This document shows positions 1 through 11,891 of a stretch of DNA of 64,000 nt, one piece after another. The DNA comes from Acidimicrobiia bacterium (GTDB lineage Bacteria; Actinomycetota; Acidimicrobiia; Spongiisociales; UBA11373). The notes under the pieces are model-generated. The model was not told the origin of the DNA, did not search any database, and was given only the letters and a program-made list of their open reading frames with translations. Both the position numbers and the translations under genes were made by a program. Every line of letters starts with the position of its first letter. The stretch's first letter is position 1. The stretch spans positions 124,001-188,000 of the forward strand of contig JBBDMM010000012.1 of the NCBI GenBank assembly GCA_040878325.1. Reading direction: 5' to 3'.

Positions 1-2125
1 GATCGAACACCTTCGTGTACGTCGCCGGGTTCGAACGAGGCGTGCGGCCGATCGGCGACTGATCGATGTCGATCGCCTTGTCGATCTTGTCGAGTCCTTC
101 GACCCGCCGGTGGCGACCGGGGATGTCGCGAGCCCGGTATAGCTCGAAGTGCAGCGCCTTGGCGAGGATCTCCTCCACGAGCGTCGACTTGCCGCTGCCG
201 GAGACTCCGGTGACCGCGATGAACATTCCGAGCGGAAACTCGACATCGAGGTCCTTGAGGTTGTTCTCGGTCGCTCCGATCACCTTGATCGACTCACCTG
301 ATGGCTCGCGGCGTGCCGCCGGCGTGACCACGGACCTCCGCCCGGCCAGGTAGTCGCCGGTGATCGAGGTCTCTTCGGCGAGGATCGCGTCAAGGGTTCC
401 TTCGGCAACGATCCGACCACCGTGCTCGCCAGCACCAGGGCCGATGTCCACGATGTGGTCGGCGACCCTGATGGTCTCCTCGTCGTGCTCGACGACGATG
501 ACCGTGTTCCCCAGATCGCGCAGTCGGATCAGCGTCTCGATCAGTCGCTGGTTGTCGCGTTGATGGAGGCCGATCGACGGCTCGTCGAGGATGTACAGGA
601 CCCCCACCAGACCCGAGCCGATCTGGGTCGCCAGCCGGATGCGCTGCGCCTCACCGCCGGCGAGAGTGGCGGCCCCGCGGGCGAGGGTCAGGTAGTCGAG
701 GCCGACGTCGAGGAGGAAGCGCAGACGGGCGCCGATCTCTTTCAGGATGGCTTCGGCGATCGACTGGTCTCGATCGTCGAGTTTCAAGGCATCGATCGCG
801 GCAAACGCATCCCGCAAGGAGAGCGTCGAGAGCTGATGGAGGTTCATACCCCCCACGGTGACCGCGAGCGAGACGGGATTGAGGCGAGACCCCTCGCAGC
901 CGTCGCACGGGACAAGGCGCATGAACTGTTCGTACATCTCGCGCGCCGACTCGGAGTCGGCCCCTTCGTGGCGCCTGGTCAGCCACGGGATGAGACCCTC
1001 GTAGGCCGTCTGGTAGCGGCGCTGGCGGCCGAACCGATTGACGTACGACACGGTCACCGGCGTGTCGCCCGTCCCGTTGAGGACCACATCGAGGGCCTTC
1101 TTGCTGAGTTTCCTGAACGGGGTGTCCATCGAGAAGTTGTGAGTCGCCGCGACTCCTTCGAGGACCCGCTGGTAATAGGAGGCGCGATGGCGGCCCATCC
1201 ACGGGTTGATGGCGCCTCCGGCCAGCGATCGCTCGTCGTCGGGAACCGCCAACTGCCAGTCGACCTGGAACCTGGTGCCGAGCCCGTTGCATGCCGGGCA
1301 AGCGCCGTAGGGGCTGTTGAACGAGAAGTTGCGCGGCTGGAGCTCGTCGAAGGAGATGCCGCAGTGGTCGCAGGCGAGGTGCTGGCTGAAGGTGAGCACC
1401 GGACCGTCGGTCACGTCGACCACGGCGATGCCTTCGGCGAGGCGGAGGGCCGTTTCGAGCGAATCGGTGAGGCGCCGCTGGATGCCCTCCTTCTGAACGA
1501 GGCGGTCGACCACGACTTCGATCGTGTGCTGGAAGTAACGATCGAGTTTGATGTCCTCGGTGAGGTCGCGCACCTCGCCATCGATGCGCGCCCGGCTGAA
1601 CCCCTCGTGGCTCAGTTCCTTGAGGAGGGACTCGTACTCCCCTTTTCGTCCCCGCACCACCGGGGCGAGCACCTGAAACTTGGTGCCCTCCTCGAGCTCG
1701 AGGATCTGATCGACGATCTGTTGCGGGGTCTGCCTGGCGACTTCACGCCCGCACTGGGGGCAATGCGGCACTCCGATGCGGGCGAAGAGGAGCCGGAGGT
1801 AGTCGTGGATCTCGGTCACGGTGCCGACGGTGGAACGCGGGTTACGGCTCGACGTCTTCTGATCGATCGAGATCGCCGGCGAGAGCCCCTCGATGAACTC
1901 GACGTTCGGCTTCTCCATCTGACCGAGGAACTGGCGGGCGTACGCCGACAGGCTCTCCACGTACCGGCGCTGGCCCTCGGCGTAGATGGTGTCGAACGCC
2001 AACGACGACTTGCCCGATCCCGACAGACCGGTGAAGACGATCAGCCGCCCGCGCGGGAGCTCGAGCGAGATGTTCTTCAGGTTGTGCTCGCGGGCTCCCC
2101 TGATGACGATCGAATCGGAAGACAT
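1..2125 (-). CDS. uvrA: Excinuclease ABC subunit A (partial, runs off window start)
   Basis: Manual translation from ATG 2125: [55 protein letters not shown]; Cys zinc-finger motifs, [16 protein letters not shown] signature and second Walker [10 protein letters not shown] near window start. Absent from ORF track because it is open-ended. Confidence 0.97.
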   Translation of the reverse strand, partial: MSSDSIVIRGAREHNLKNISLELPRGRLIVFTGLSGSGKSSLAFDTIYAEGQRRYVESLSAYARQFLGQMEKPNVEFIEGLSPAISIDQKTSSRNPRSTVGTVTEIHDYLRLLFARIGVPHCPQCGREVARQTPQQIVDQILELEEGTKFQVLAPVVRGRKGEYESLLKELSHEGFSRARIDGEVRDLTEDIKLDRYFQHTIEVVVDRLVQKEGIQRRLTDSLETALRLAEGIAVVDVTDGPVLTFSQHLACDHCGISFDELQPRNFSFNSPYGACPACNGLGTRFQVDWQLAVPDDERSLAGGAINPWMGRHRASYYQRVLEGVAATHNFSMDTPFRKLSKKALDVVLNGTGDTPVTVSYVNRFGRQRRYQTAYEGLIPWLTRRHEGADSESAREMYEQFMRLVPCDGCEGSRLNPVSLAVTVGGMNLHQLSTLSLRDAFAAIDALKLDDRDQSIAEAILKEIGARLRFLLDVGLDYLTLARGAATLAGGEAQRIRLATQIGSGLVGVLYILDEPSIGLHQRDNQRLIETLIRLRDLGNTVIVVEHDEETIRVADHIVDIGPGAGEHGGRIVAEGTLDAILAEETSITGDYLAGRRSVVTPAARREPSGESIKVIGATENNLKDLDVEFPLGMFIAVTGVSGSGKSTLVEEILAKALHFELYRARDIPGRHRRVEGLDKIDKAIDIDQSPIGRTPRSNPATYTKVFD

Positions 2126-2200
2126 GCCCATCCTGAAACGCCGGAAAAGAGATGATACCCGGGCCTCACGACGAGAATCTCAGGCATGGCATTCGAGGAG

Positions 2201-2273
2201 AGTCAAGAGTCGAGAATCAAGAGTCAAGACAGGAGGGTCTTGGTTCTTGGCTCTTGATTCTTGGTTCTTGGCT
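2201..2273. repeat. Inverted pair of heptamer tandem arrays: 4x A(G/A)TC(A/G)AG, 10-nt spacer, 5x CTTG(G/A)(T/C)T
   Basis: agtcaag agtcgag aatcaag agtcaag acaggagggt cttggtt cttggct cttgatt cttggtt cttggct; abuts tatA stop codon. Confidence 0.92.
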
Positions 2274-2461
2274 CAGTCCTTCGGCGGATCCGCCGCTTCC
2301 TGTGCCGTGTCTTCCTGCTCGCCCTCGCGGAGACCATCCTTGAGTTCCTTGGCTGAGCGTCCCAACGACCTGGCCAGTTCCGGGAGTTTCTTGGCACCGA
2401 ACAGGAGCAAGAGCACGGCAAGGACCAGGATGATCTCGCCGGCACCGATCTGGCGGAACAT
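2273..2461 (-). CDS. tatA: Twin-arginine translocase TatA/TatE subunit
   Basis: GAGEIILVLAVLLLLFGAKKLPELARSLGRSAKELKDG: TM helix, FG hinge, amphipathic helix. Confidence 0.95.
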   Translation of the reverse strand: MFRQIGAGEIILVLAVLLLLFGAKKLPELARSLGRSAKELKDGLREGEQEDTAQEAADPPKD

Positions 2462-2510
2462 GAGGCTCCCTCAGGTTGCGGACTCAAGGACAGTGTAGGG
2501 AGGGCCAGAG

Positions 2511-2627
2511 AATCAAGAATCAAGATTCAAGAATCAAGAAGGAGTCTGCTCTTGGCTCTTGACTCTTGGCTCTTGACTCTTGGCTCTTGACTCTTGGCTC
2601 TTGAATCTTGGCTCTTGACTCTTGGCT
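2511..2627. repeat. Inverted pair of heptamer arrays: 4x AATCAAG-like, 12-nt spacer, 11x alternating CTTGGCT/CTTGACT
   Basis: Directly read; ends 4 nt before the uvrB stop codon. Confidence 0.95.
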
Positions 2628-2631
2628 CTCC

Positions 2632-4644
<2,013 letters not shown>

Positions 4645-4676
4645 GGCGAGAACCCTAATCCCCCCTGAAATCTGAA

Positions 4677-5249
4677 TCACACGTTGGTGATACGCCTCCA
4701 TACGGAGCGGCACTCGGTCTCGAGTTCCATCAGATCCCCGCGGTTGTCGACCACCAGGTCGGCCGACTCGAGCCACTCGCCCCGCGTCGGCTGGGCGGCC
4801 ATCCTGGCCGCGGCATCGTGCCGTCCCATGCCCCGAGCCAGCAGGCGCTCGAGCCGCACCGCCTCGGGCGCATCGACCACGATTCGCTTCCATCCCGGCC
4901 CGAGGAAGTCACCAATGAGAGGCAACTCGACCATGACCACGCCAGCGACTCCATCGACGATGTCATGGATCTTCGCCCGGATGGCCGGGTGGGTGATCGC
5001 TTCGAGCGCCTGCAGCTCGCCCCGCTCGGTGAAGACATGGGCGGCGAGCCGGGAACGATCGACCGCCCCATCGACGACAAAGCTGGGGAATCGCTCAACC
5101 ACGGCAGCGTGGGCGGCGCCACCCGGGGCGATCATCTCGTGACCGATGCGATCGGCCGACACGACAAGTGCCCCGAGGATCTCGAAGTAGGTGGCAGCCG
5201 TCGACTTGCCGCTGCCGATTCCGCCGGTGAGGAGATGGCGCCGGTCCAT
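4677..5249 (-). CDS. coaE: Dephospho-CoA kinase
   Basis: [12 protein letters not shown]-loop, LEAITHPAI motif, conserved rpsA-coaE-uvrB context. Confidence 0.93.
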   Translation of the reverse strand: MDRRHLLTGGIGSGKSTAATYFEILGALVVSADRIGHEMIAPGGAAHAAVVERFPSFVVDGAVDRSRLAAHVFTERGELQALEAITHPAIRAKIHDIVDGVAGVVMVELPLIGDFLGPGWKRIVVDAPEAVRLERLLARGMGRHDAAARMAAQPTRGEWLESADLVVDNRGDLMELETECRSVWRRITNV

Positions 5250-5266
5250 CCCGACGAGAGTACCGG

Positions 5267-7003
5267 TCAGCGTTTCCGGCGAGTGGGTTCGGGAAGATGA
5301 ATCAGCGCGGCAAGCGTGTGGAAGGCTCGGGCCACCCGGGACCGCGGGCTGAGGGCGACCACTGGGATCCCTTCGTTGACCGACTGCGGAATCAATCGGT
5401 CCGACGGGATCGACCCGGCGACCCGAAGACCGAGGCTCCGCTCCAATTCGACCAGGTCGAGCCGGGCCTTGGCGTTGGCTCGATTCACCACGAGTCGCAC
5501 CCGCTCCATGGGGAATCGGCCCGACCTGAGGGCCTCGAGCGCGATCTTGGCGTTCTTCACCGAAGGAAGGTCCATGTCGACGACCACGAGCACCTCGTCG
5601 GCTCCCTCGAGAACCGTCACCAGGTGGTCATCGAAGATCGGCGGCGTATCGATCACGACCACCTCGTACATCCCCCGGAGGCGCTCGACAACTTCGACGA
5701 TCGCCTTAGCGGGGACGTCGGCCTCCGAGGCCGGATAGAGAGGCGCGGCAAGCACCCGAAGACCGCTCTCATGGCGAAGGAGCATGCCGTCGAGTCGGGC
5801 GTCGCTCAATTCATCCAGCCGGGTGACGGCGTCGACCAGGGTCCGGGCGGGCTCCAGTTGGAGCAACAGGGCGACGTCGCCGAACTGCAGGTCTGAGTCG
5901 ACGAGCACTACCGAGTCCTCGCCGCGCTGCATCGTCAAAGCCATTGCCAGGTTGGTAGCGGTGATCGTCTTACCGGATCCGCCCTTGCCCGACATGACCG
6001 CGACAACGTGGCCGGCACCCGCGCGGCGGTCGGGGCGACGCCCGTCGGCAGGTAACAGACCCATCCCTTCCAGGTCGGCAGGCGGGCGTTTCTTCGCAGG
6101 AGCGGAGTCGGGCGGCGTCGGCGGAGGGTCGAACGGCGGAGGCGGAGGCGGCTCCGCCGCGGGTGGCGCCGCCGACTCGAGGCGGGGCGTCGGGGTGACC
6201 GGAGGTACGGCGGGTTCGGTCGGTCTGGCGAGATCCGGAATCGCTTCAGGTGGCGCCGAGAACGCCTCGAACTTCGGGACCGGCAATGGATCGGAGTACC
6301 CGAACTCGACCGGGACCACCGGGTCGACCTGAGCGGGAGCGGTTGGCTCCGACGGGATCTCGACCGCCGACGCCGGCTCAGGTTGCGCCGAGACGATCGG
6401 CACGGCCCAGGCGTCCGGAATCGGAGGAGCCGCCGGCTGGGGTACCACAGATCGCACTGGCTCGTCTTCCTGGACAAAGGTCACCGGCGTCGAAAGGCTG
6501 GACGAGCCCTCGAACGTGATCGTGACGGGTTCAAAGCCGGGCTGGGTGGTGTGGACCCGCTCGACACCGGATTCTGCTCCGCGCTCGTCGAGCAGCACGG
6601 TATCCCGCGCCTCTTGGCGCGCGGGCACCCGCTCGAGGATCCCCGAGAGTTTGCGGGCGGTCAGCGGCATGTCGATGACATCGGCTACGCCGGATCGGAG
6701 GGCGGCCAGCAGAATGCGATTGGTGACGATGTTGGCGGCGAGGACCACGGCCACACCCGGGTCGACCTCACGCAACAGAGCCGCGGAACCGACCCCAGCC
6801 TCGTTGCCGAAGGAGGGGCCGAGCAGAACAAGGTCGACCCGGCCGCCCACGACGATCTCGGCGGCATCCTCGATCGAGCGGGCCGTAAGGACGCGGTCAC
6901 CGGCGATGAGTTGTCTGGTGTCTTCGCCGAAGCTCGGGTCGGTGTCTGCCACCAGCACGAGTCGGCGCGTGTGCGGAGCCGTCATCAGAGTGTCTTTCGA
7001 CAC
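5267..7003 (-). CDS. CpaE/TadZ-like protein: receiver-like domain, long Pro-rich linker, MinD/ParA-type ATPase
   Basis: N-term LVLVADTD...DLVLLGP; C-term SGKGGSGKT, VLVDSDLQFGD, VVIDTPP, RLVVNR. Confidence 0.8.
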   Translation of the reverse strand: MSKDTLMTAPHTRRLVLVADTDPSFGEDTRQLIAGDRVLTARSIEDAAEIVVGGRVDLVLLGPSFGNEAGVGSAALLREVDPGVAVVLAANIVTNRILLAALRSGVADVIDMPLTARKLSGILERVPARQEARDTVLLDERGAESGVERVHTTQPGFEPVTITFEGSSSLSTPVTFVQEDEPVRSVVPQPAAPPIPDAWAVPIVSAQPEPASAVEIPSEPTAPAQVDPVVPVEFGYSDPLPVPKFEAFSAPPEAIPDLARPTEPAVPPVTPTPRLESAAPPAAEPPPPPPFDPPPTPPDSAPAKKRPPADLEGMGLLPADGRRPDRRAGAGHVVAVMSGKGGSGKTITATNLAMALTMQRGEDSVVLVDSDLQFGDVALLLQLEPARTLVDAVTRLDELSDARLDGMLLRHESGLRVLAAPLYPASEADVPAKAIVEVVERLRGMYEVVVIDTPPIFDDHLVTVLEGADEVLVVVDMDLPSVKNAKIALEALRSGRFPMERVRLVVNRANAKARLDLVELERSLGLRVAGSIPSDRLIPQSVNEGIPVVALSPRSRVARAFHTLAALIHLPEPTRRKR

Positions 7004-7090
7004 CAGATCGGCGATACCTGAGGGGGATTGCAGGGCGAAAGCCGATCGGAGTCAATCGCCGCCGGGCATGACGCCCTGATCCAGGCGCAC

Positions 7091-7111
7091 CGGCTACCGA
7101 CTATCGGCTAC
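7091..7111. repeat. Short degenerate heptamer array cggctac cgactat cggctac overlapping rpsA stop
   Basis: Three units with 7-bp period. Confidence 0.45.
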
Positions 7112-8583
7112 TTCCGGCCGATGCCTCGCTGTTTGAGTTCTTCGAGGATGGCCTCGAGAGACGCATCCGCGTTGAACACCGGCTGGGCGGGCTCGTCGGC
7201 GGGCTCGTCTTCGCGCTCGAATTCCTGGGTCTTCTTGCGCTTGCCTCCGCCCGTCGGTGCCGCAGGCGCCTGCTGATCGTCCTGCCACTGGCTCCGATTC
7301 TCCCACTCGGGGAGTCCCTGCTTGATCGAAAGGCTGATGCGGCGCCGTTCGCCGTCGATCTCGGTGATCTTGACCTTGACAGGCTGATCAACCGACAGCT
7401 CGAGCTCCGGACTCTCGACGTGATGGATCGCGATCTCTGAGACGTGCACGAGGCCCTCGACGCCTTCAGACACCGCGACGAATGCTCCGAATGGGACGGT
7501 CTTCGTCACCTTGCCGTCGACGACGTCGCCGACGGCGTGCGCTCCACTGAAGGACTCCCACGGATCGTCGCGGGTCTGGCGGATGGACAGAGATATCCGC
7601 TCACGGTCGAGATCGACCTCGAGCACCTTCACCTTCACCTTGTCGCCGACCGACACCACCTCGCTCGGGTGGCTGACGTGTTGCCACGAGAGCTCCGAGA
7701 CATGGACCAGTCCGTCCATGCCACCGAGATCGACGAAGGCGCCGAAGTTGACGACCGAGGACACGACGCCGTCACGATGTTCGCCCGAGGTGAGCTCGTC
7801 GAGGAAAGCCTGACGCTGTTCGGCCTGCTCCTCCTCGAGGTAGGCCCGCCTCGACAAAACCACGTTGTTGCGGTTCTTGTCCAGCTCGATGACTTTCGCT
7901 TCGAGCGTCTGACCGATGTATGGGTGGAGGTCGCGGACCCGGCGCAACTCGACGAGCGATGCCGGCAGGAAGCCACGCAGGCCGATGTCGACGATCAGGC
8001 CGCCCTTGACGACTTCGATCACCTGACCGCTGACGGTGCCCTTCTCTTCCATGACCGTCTCGATACGACCCCAGGCCCGCTCGTACTGCGCTCGCTTCTT
8101 GGAGAGGATAAGGCGCCCCTCGGCGTCTTCCATTTGCATGACCAGGGCCTCGACGGCATCTCCGACCTTGGCCACCTCGCTGGGGTTGACCGTGTTGCGG
8201 ATCGATAACTCTTTGGCCGGGATCACACCCTCAGACTTGTATCCGATGTCGACCAGCACCTCGTCGGGGTCTACCCGCACGATCGTGCCGGTGACCAGGG
8301 TGCCTTCCTTCAGCTCGACGACCGTGCGCTCGACGGCCGCGGCGAAGTCCTCGGCCGAGAGATCGTCGGCCACCTCTCCGAGTCGCTGCATCGCAGCCGC
8401 GGGGTCCGCGACCTCGATGCCGTCAAAGGCGGGGGCATCGGCGGTTGCCTCGGCTGCGTCGGCATCGGCGCTCACGACGGCTGCGGTGGCTGGGGCGGTG
8501 TTGTTGGTCGGAGCCTCGCCCTCGGCGGCTTCGACTGCGCTTGCGGTTTCGTCCGCAGGCGCGTTCGCGGTCTCATCGGTCAT
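7108..8583 (-). CDS. rpsA: 30S ribosomal protein S1
   Basis: Four S1 domains (DIGYKSEG, GLRGFLPAS, FGAFVDLGGMDGLVHVSELSW, FGAFVAVSEGVEGLVHVSEI), actinobacterial type. Confidence 0.98.
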   Translation of the reverse strand: MTDETANAPADETASAVEAAEGEAPTNNTAPATAAVVSADADAAEATADAPAFDGIEVADPAAAMQRLGEVADDLSAEDFAAAVERTVVELKEGTLVTGTIVRVDPDEVLVDIGYKSEGVIPAKELSIRNTVNPSEVAKVGDAVEALVMQMEDAEGRLILSKKRAQYERAWGRIETVMEEKGTVSGQVIEVVKGGLIVDIGLRGFLPASLVELRRVRDLHPYIGQTLEAKVIELDKNRNNVVLSRRAYLEEEQAEQRQAFLDELTSGEHRDGVVSSVVNFGAFVDLGGMDGLVHVSELSWQHVSHPSEVVSVGDKVKVKVLEVDLDRERISLSIRQTRDDPWESFSGAHAVGDVVDGKVTKTVPFGAFVAVSEGVEGLVHVSEIAIHHVESPELELSVDQPVKVKITEIDGERRRISLSIKQGLPEWENRSQWQDDQQAPAAPTGGGKRKKTQEFEREDEPADEPAQPVFNADASLEAILEELKQRGIGRK

Positions 8584-8685
8584 GGATATTGGTCACCTCG
8601 AAGAATGGAACTCCCCAGACAGAACGCCTGGAGAGGCGGCAAGCGTAACACAAGGCGTAACGGGTTCCACCGAGAACGGTCGCCA

Positions 8686-11304
8686 CTACGCCTTCGTCTC
8701 CGCCAGGGTCTTGCCAACCCCCACTTCGACCACCAGGGGAACGTCGAGTTTGACCACGCCCTCCATGATCTCGACGATCGTCGCCGAAACTCGATCCACT
8801 TCGGCGTCAGGCGCCTCGATCACCAATTCGTCGTGCACCTGAAGCAGCATTGCGGCGCCTCCGCCCTCCAGGGCAGCGTCGAGATCGATCATCGCCTTCT
8901 TGATGATGTCGGCGGCCGAGCCCTGGATGGGAGCGTTGAGCGCCATCCGCTCGCCGCTCTGGCGTTCGCGGAAGTTCCCCGACACCAGCTCCGGCAGGTA
9001 CCTGCGCCGGCCGAGCAGGGTTTCGGTGTAGCCGTTGTTTCGAGCCTCGGCGACGATCCCCGCCATGAATGCCTTGACCCCGGGGAATTGGGCGAAGTAG
9101 GCCTCCATGTGGTCTTTGGCTGCCTCGGCCGAAATCTCGAGCCGCTGGCCCAAACCGTAGGCCTCCATCCCGAAAAGGAGGCCGAAGTTGATGACCTTCG
9201 CCATACGGCGCATGTCGGCATCGACCGCACCGGGTTCTACTCCGAACACGCGGGCGGCCGTGGCGGTGTGGACGTCCTGCCCGGAGGCAAACGCCTCGAC
9301 CAACGCCGGCTCCCCGCTCAGGTGGGCAAGAATCCGCAATTCGATTTGGCTGTAGTCCGCAACCACGAAGGTATGGCCCTCGGCAGCGACGAAGGCCCGC
9401 CGAATGGTCCGTCCCTCCTCTGACCGGATCGGGATGTTCTGCATGTTCGGCTGCTCCGACGAGATCCGCCCGGTCGAGGCGCCGGTCTGGTTGAAGAGGC
9501 AGTGGATGCGCCCATCGGTTCCGATCAATGGCAGCAGGCCGTCGACATAGGTGGAACGGAGCTTTTCTAGTTCCCGGAACCGCAAGAGCTGATCGACGAT
9601 GGGGTGATCGTCGGCCATCTTCTGGAGAGTGGCGGCGTCGGTTGAGGGCTGACCCTTAGGCGTCTTCTTGAGAACGGGCAGACCGAGACGGTCGAAGAGG
9701 ATCTCGCGCAATTGCAGCGTCGAGTTGACGTTGAATGCCTCACCGGCATGCTCGTAGATCTTCGTCTCGAGGGTCGCCAATCGGTCGCGGAGGCTCTCCC
9801 CCAACTCCTCGAGATAGGCGCGATCCACCCCGATCCCCGCCTCCTCCATCCGGGCGAGAACTCGCACCAGGGGGAGCTCCACCTCTTCGAACAGCGCCAG
9901 CCCCCCGCGGGCCTCCATCTGCTCGGTGAGCGGGCCAACCAGCAGCCCCACCGCGGCGGCCCGGCGGCCGGATGCCTCGATGTCGAGACCCGATCCGTCG
10001 AAGTCGAGGGTTCCTTGCGCCTTAGCCGCTCCCGACCCGACCTCCGGGTCGATCTCCAGACCGAGCACGGTCCCTGCCAGGTCGGCGAGAGTCGGCGACC
10101 CCGAGGCCGGGTTGATCACATAGGCCGCCAGGGCGGTGTCGAACGCCAGCCCCCGGAGATCCAGGTCGGCCTCGAGCAGAGCGCGGGTGAGCCGCTTGGC
10201 GTCATGGAGCGCCTTCGGTCGCGCCGGGTCGGCGAGGGCGGGGCCAAGTGCTCCCAGCCGGTCGAAGGGCACGAACGTGGCGTCGTCGTCGGTGGCCGCC
10301 ACCGCCACCCCGACGAGATCGGACCCGTCCCAAACGGCCTCGATCGCCATGAGATCGCCGGCCGCGGCGAGGGCCTCCGCCCCCGATCCGGTGACCACCT
10401 CCACTTCGAGCATCTCGTCGGGCTCCGGCTGACCACCGCCCCCCACCTCCTGGAGGCGCTGCCAGAGCGACCGGAAGGCCAACCCGTCGAAGACCCGGCG
10501 CACCTCCTGGGGATCCCAGGGGGCGAGTGCCATGGCACTCGGATCGAACTCGATGGGGACGTCGTCGACCAGTCGGGTGAGGTCGCGGTTCAAGTACACC
10601 TGCTCGCGCGACGCCTCGAGGTTCTCCCGGAGTTTCGGGGTCTGCTCGGCCAGGTGCTCGTAGATGCCCTCAAGCCCCCCGAACGCCGCCACCAGCTTCC
10701 CTGCGGTCTTCTCGCCCACCCCCGGCACCCCTGGCAGGTTGTCCGACGTGTCGCCCCGCAGCGCGGCGTAGTCGGCGTACTGGTCGGGGCGCACCCCGTA
10801 GCGCTCCTCTACATACGCCGCGTCGGCCATGATCGTGTCGGTGATCCCCCGGCGGGTGTAGTAGACCCGGATCGTCCCCTCGATCAGTTGGAAGGCGTCG
10901 CGGTCCCCGGTGACGATCAGCACGTCCCAGCCATCGGCAGCCGCCTTGCGGGCGATGGTGGCGATGATGTCGTCTGCCTCCCAGCCGGGCGCCTCGAATT
11001 GCTTGAGGTTGAGCACATCGGCCACCTCGCGAATCAGCGGCAGCTGGCTGCGGAACAGGTCGGGCGCAGCAGCGCGTTGCGCCTTGTACTCGACGTATCG
11101 CTCGGAACGAAAGGTCGCCGTCGGGGTGTCCCACGCCACCGCCAGCGCCTCGGGATGCTCGTCACCAAGCAGCTTGATGATCATCGAGGTGAAGCCGTAG
11201 ACCGCGTTGGTCACCTGCCCGCTCGGGGTCGCCAGATCCGATGGGAGTGCAAAGAAGGCGCGATACGCCAGCGAGTGACCGTCGATCAAGGCGAGGGTGG
11301 GCAT
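8686..11304 (-). CDS. polA: DNA polymerase I
   Basis: LIDGHSLAYRAFFA 5'-3' exonuclease; ADYSQIELRILAH, AKVINFG, LLQVHDEL polymerase motifs. Confidence 0.98.
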   Translation of the reverse strand: MPTLALIDGHSLAYRAFFALPSDLATPSGQVTNAVYGFTSMIIKLLGDEHPEALAVAWDTPTATFRSERYVEYKAQRAAAPDLFRSQLPLIREVADVLNLKQFEAPGWEADDIIATIARKAAADGWDVLIVTGDRDAFQLIEGTIRVYYTRRGITDTIMADAAYVEERYGVRPDQYADYAALRGDTSDNLPGVPGVGEKTAGKLVAAFGGLEGIYEHLAEQTPKLRENLEASREQVYLNRDLTRLVDDVPIEFDPSAMALAPWDPQEVRRVFDGLAFRSLWQRLQEVGGGGQPEPDEMLEVEVVTGSGAEALAAAGDLMAIEAVWDGSDLVGVAVAATDDDATFVPFDRLGALGPALADPARPKALHDAKRLTRALLEADLDLRGLAFDTALAAYVINPASGSPTLADLAGTVLGLEIDPEVGSGAAKAQGTLDFDGSGLDIEASGRRAAAVGLLVGPLTEQMEARGGLALFEEVELPLVRVLARMEEAGIGVDRAYLEELGESLRDRLATLETKIYEHAGEAFNVNSTLQLREILFDRLGLPVLKKTPKGQPSTDAATLQKMADDHPIVDQLLRFRELEKLRSTYVDGLLPLIGTDGRIHCLFNQTGASTGRISSEQPNMQNIPIRSEEGRTIRRAFVAAEGHTFVVADYSQIELRILAHLSGEPALVEAFASGQDVHTATAARVFGVEPGAVDADMRRMAKVINFGLLFGMEAYGLGQRLEISAEAAKDHMEAYFAQFPGVKAFMAGIVAEARNNGYTETLLGRRRYLPELVSGNFRERQSGERMALNAPIQGSAADIIKKAMIDLDAALEGGGAAMLLQVHDELVIEAPDAEVDRVSATIVEIMEGVVKLDVPLVVEVGVGKTLAETKA

Positions 11305-11357
11305 TGAGGCGATGGTAGGTGGCCCATGCAGTGGAGCGATGGGCGGCGAAGGAAGGG

Positions 11358-11408
11358 AGCCAAGAATCAAGAATCAAGAAACTCCGTCTTGGCTCTTGAC
11401 TCTTGGCT
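11358..11408. repeat. Inverted pair of heptamer arrays (3x AGCCAAG/AATCAAG, 9-nt spacer, 3x CTTGGCT/CTTGACT)
   Basis: Directly read; 2 nt from the stop of the 11411-11680 gene. Confidence 0.9.
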
Positions 11409-11410
11409 CT

Positions 11411-11680
11411 CTACATCCGGCCCAGCAGCCGTCGGCGCTGTTCTTCGAGACGGGACTCCTGGGATCGCAGGTCGACGAGCAGGCGTTCGAATCGGTTGAC
11501 GTCGCCAGAGGTGATGCGGGCGTCTTCCCGCTCGAGCGGGCCTCCGACCGCCGCATCGCGGCGGGCGTCGTCGTCGAGGTGCTGGTGGATGCGCAACTCC
11601 TCCTCGGTCAGGCGAACCTGCTCGCGCAAGTGCCCCAGTTCGTCGGAGATGCGGAGAATCCGACGCTCGATGCGTCTCAT
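11411..11680 (-). CDS. Small coiled-coil hypothetical protein
   Basis: 89 aa heptad-like charged sequence; TAGGTT -10 element 7 nt upstream of ATG 11680. Confidence 0.75.
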   Translation of the reverse strand: MRRIERRILRISDELGHLREQVRLTEEELRIHQHLDDDARRDAAVGGPLEREDARITSGDVNRFERLLVDLRSQESRLEEQRRRLLGRM

Positions 11681-11735
11681 CGCCGGCAACCTAACAGTGG
11701 CAAGGATGTGCCCGACCCGTATCATCGTGCCTCGC

Positions 11736-11818
11736 GCCGGGGTGGCGGAATGGCAGACGCGGCGGACTCAAAATCCGTTGGGCGCAAGCCCGTGGGGGTT
11801 CGACTCCCCCTCCCGGCA
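11736..11818 (+). tRNA. tRNA-Leu (anticodon CAA)
   Basis: Acceptor GCCGGGG/TCCCGGC, D-loop GGAATGGCAGAC, anticodon arm GCGGA-CTCAAAA-TCCGT, long variable arm, GGTTCGACTCC T-arm; CCA not encoded. Confidence 0.96.
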
Positions 11819-11825
11819 CAAAGAG

Positions 11826-11890
11826 ATTCAGGAGTCAAGAATCAAGATTCGAAATTCAATCTCTTGGCTCTTGACTCTTGATTCTTGGCT
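11826..11890. repeat. Inverted pair of heptamer arrays between tRNA-Leu and nadE stop
   Basis: attcagg agtcaag aatcaag attcgaa attcaat ct cttggct cttgact cttgatt cttggct. Confidence 0.9.
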
Positions 11891-11891
11891 C

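Noticed and set aside
422..2155. 577-aa plus-strand ORF
   Set aside because: Antisense shadow of uvrA; no motifs; expected in high-GC DNA.
2201..2627. Repeat arrays as CRISPR
   Set aside because: Units are 7 bp, contiguous, with no unique spacers and no cas genes in the window.
4645..4676. PafBC/RecA-NDp-type promoter upstream of uvrB
   Set aside because: TTTCAG lies 7 nt from the -10 element, versus TGTCRG-N10 in the known motif; poor match.
11736..11890. tRNA-Leu as an island integration site
   Set aside because: No integrase, no duplicated tRNA 3' end seen, and the flanks are housekeeping genes.
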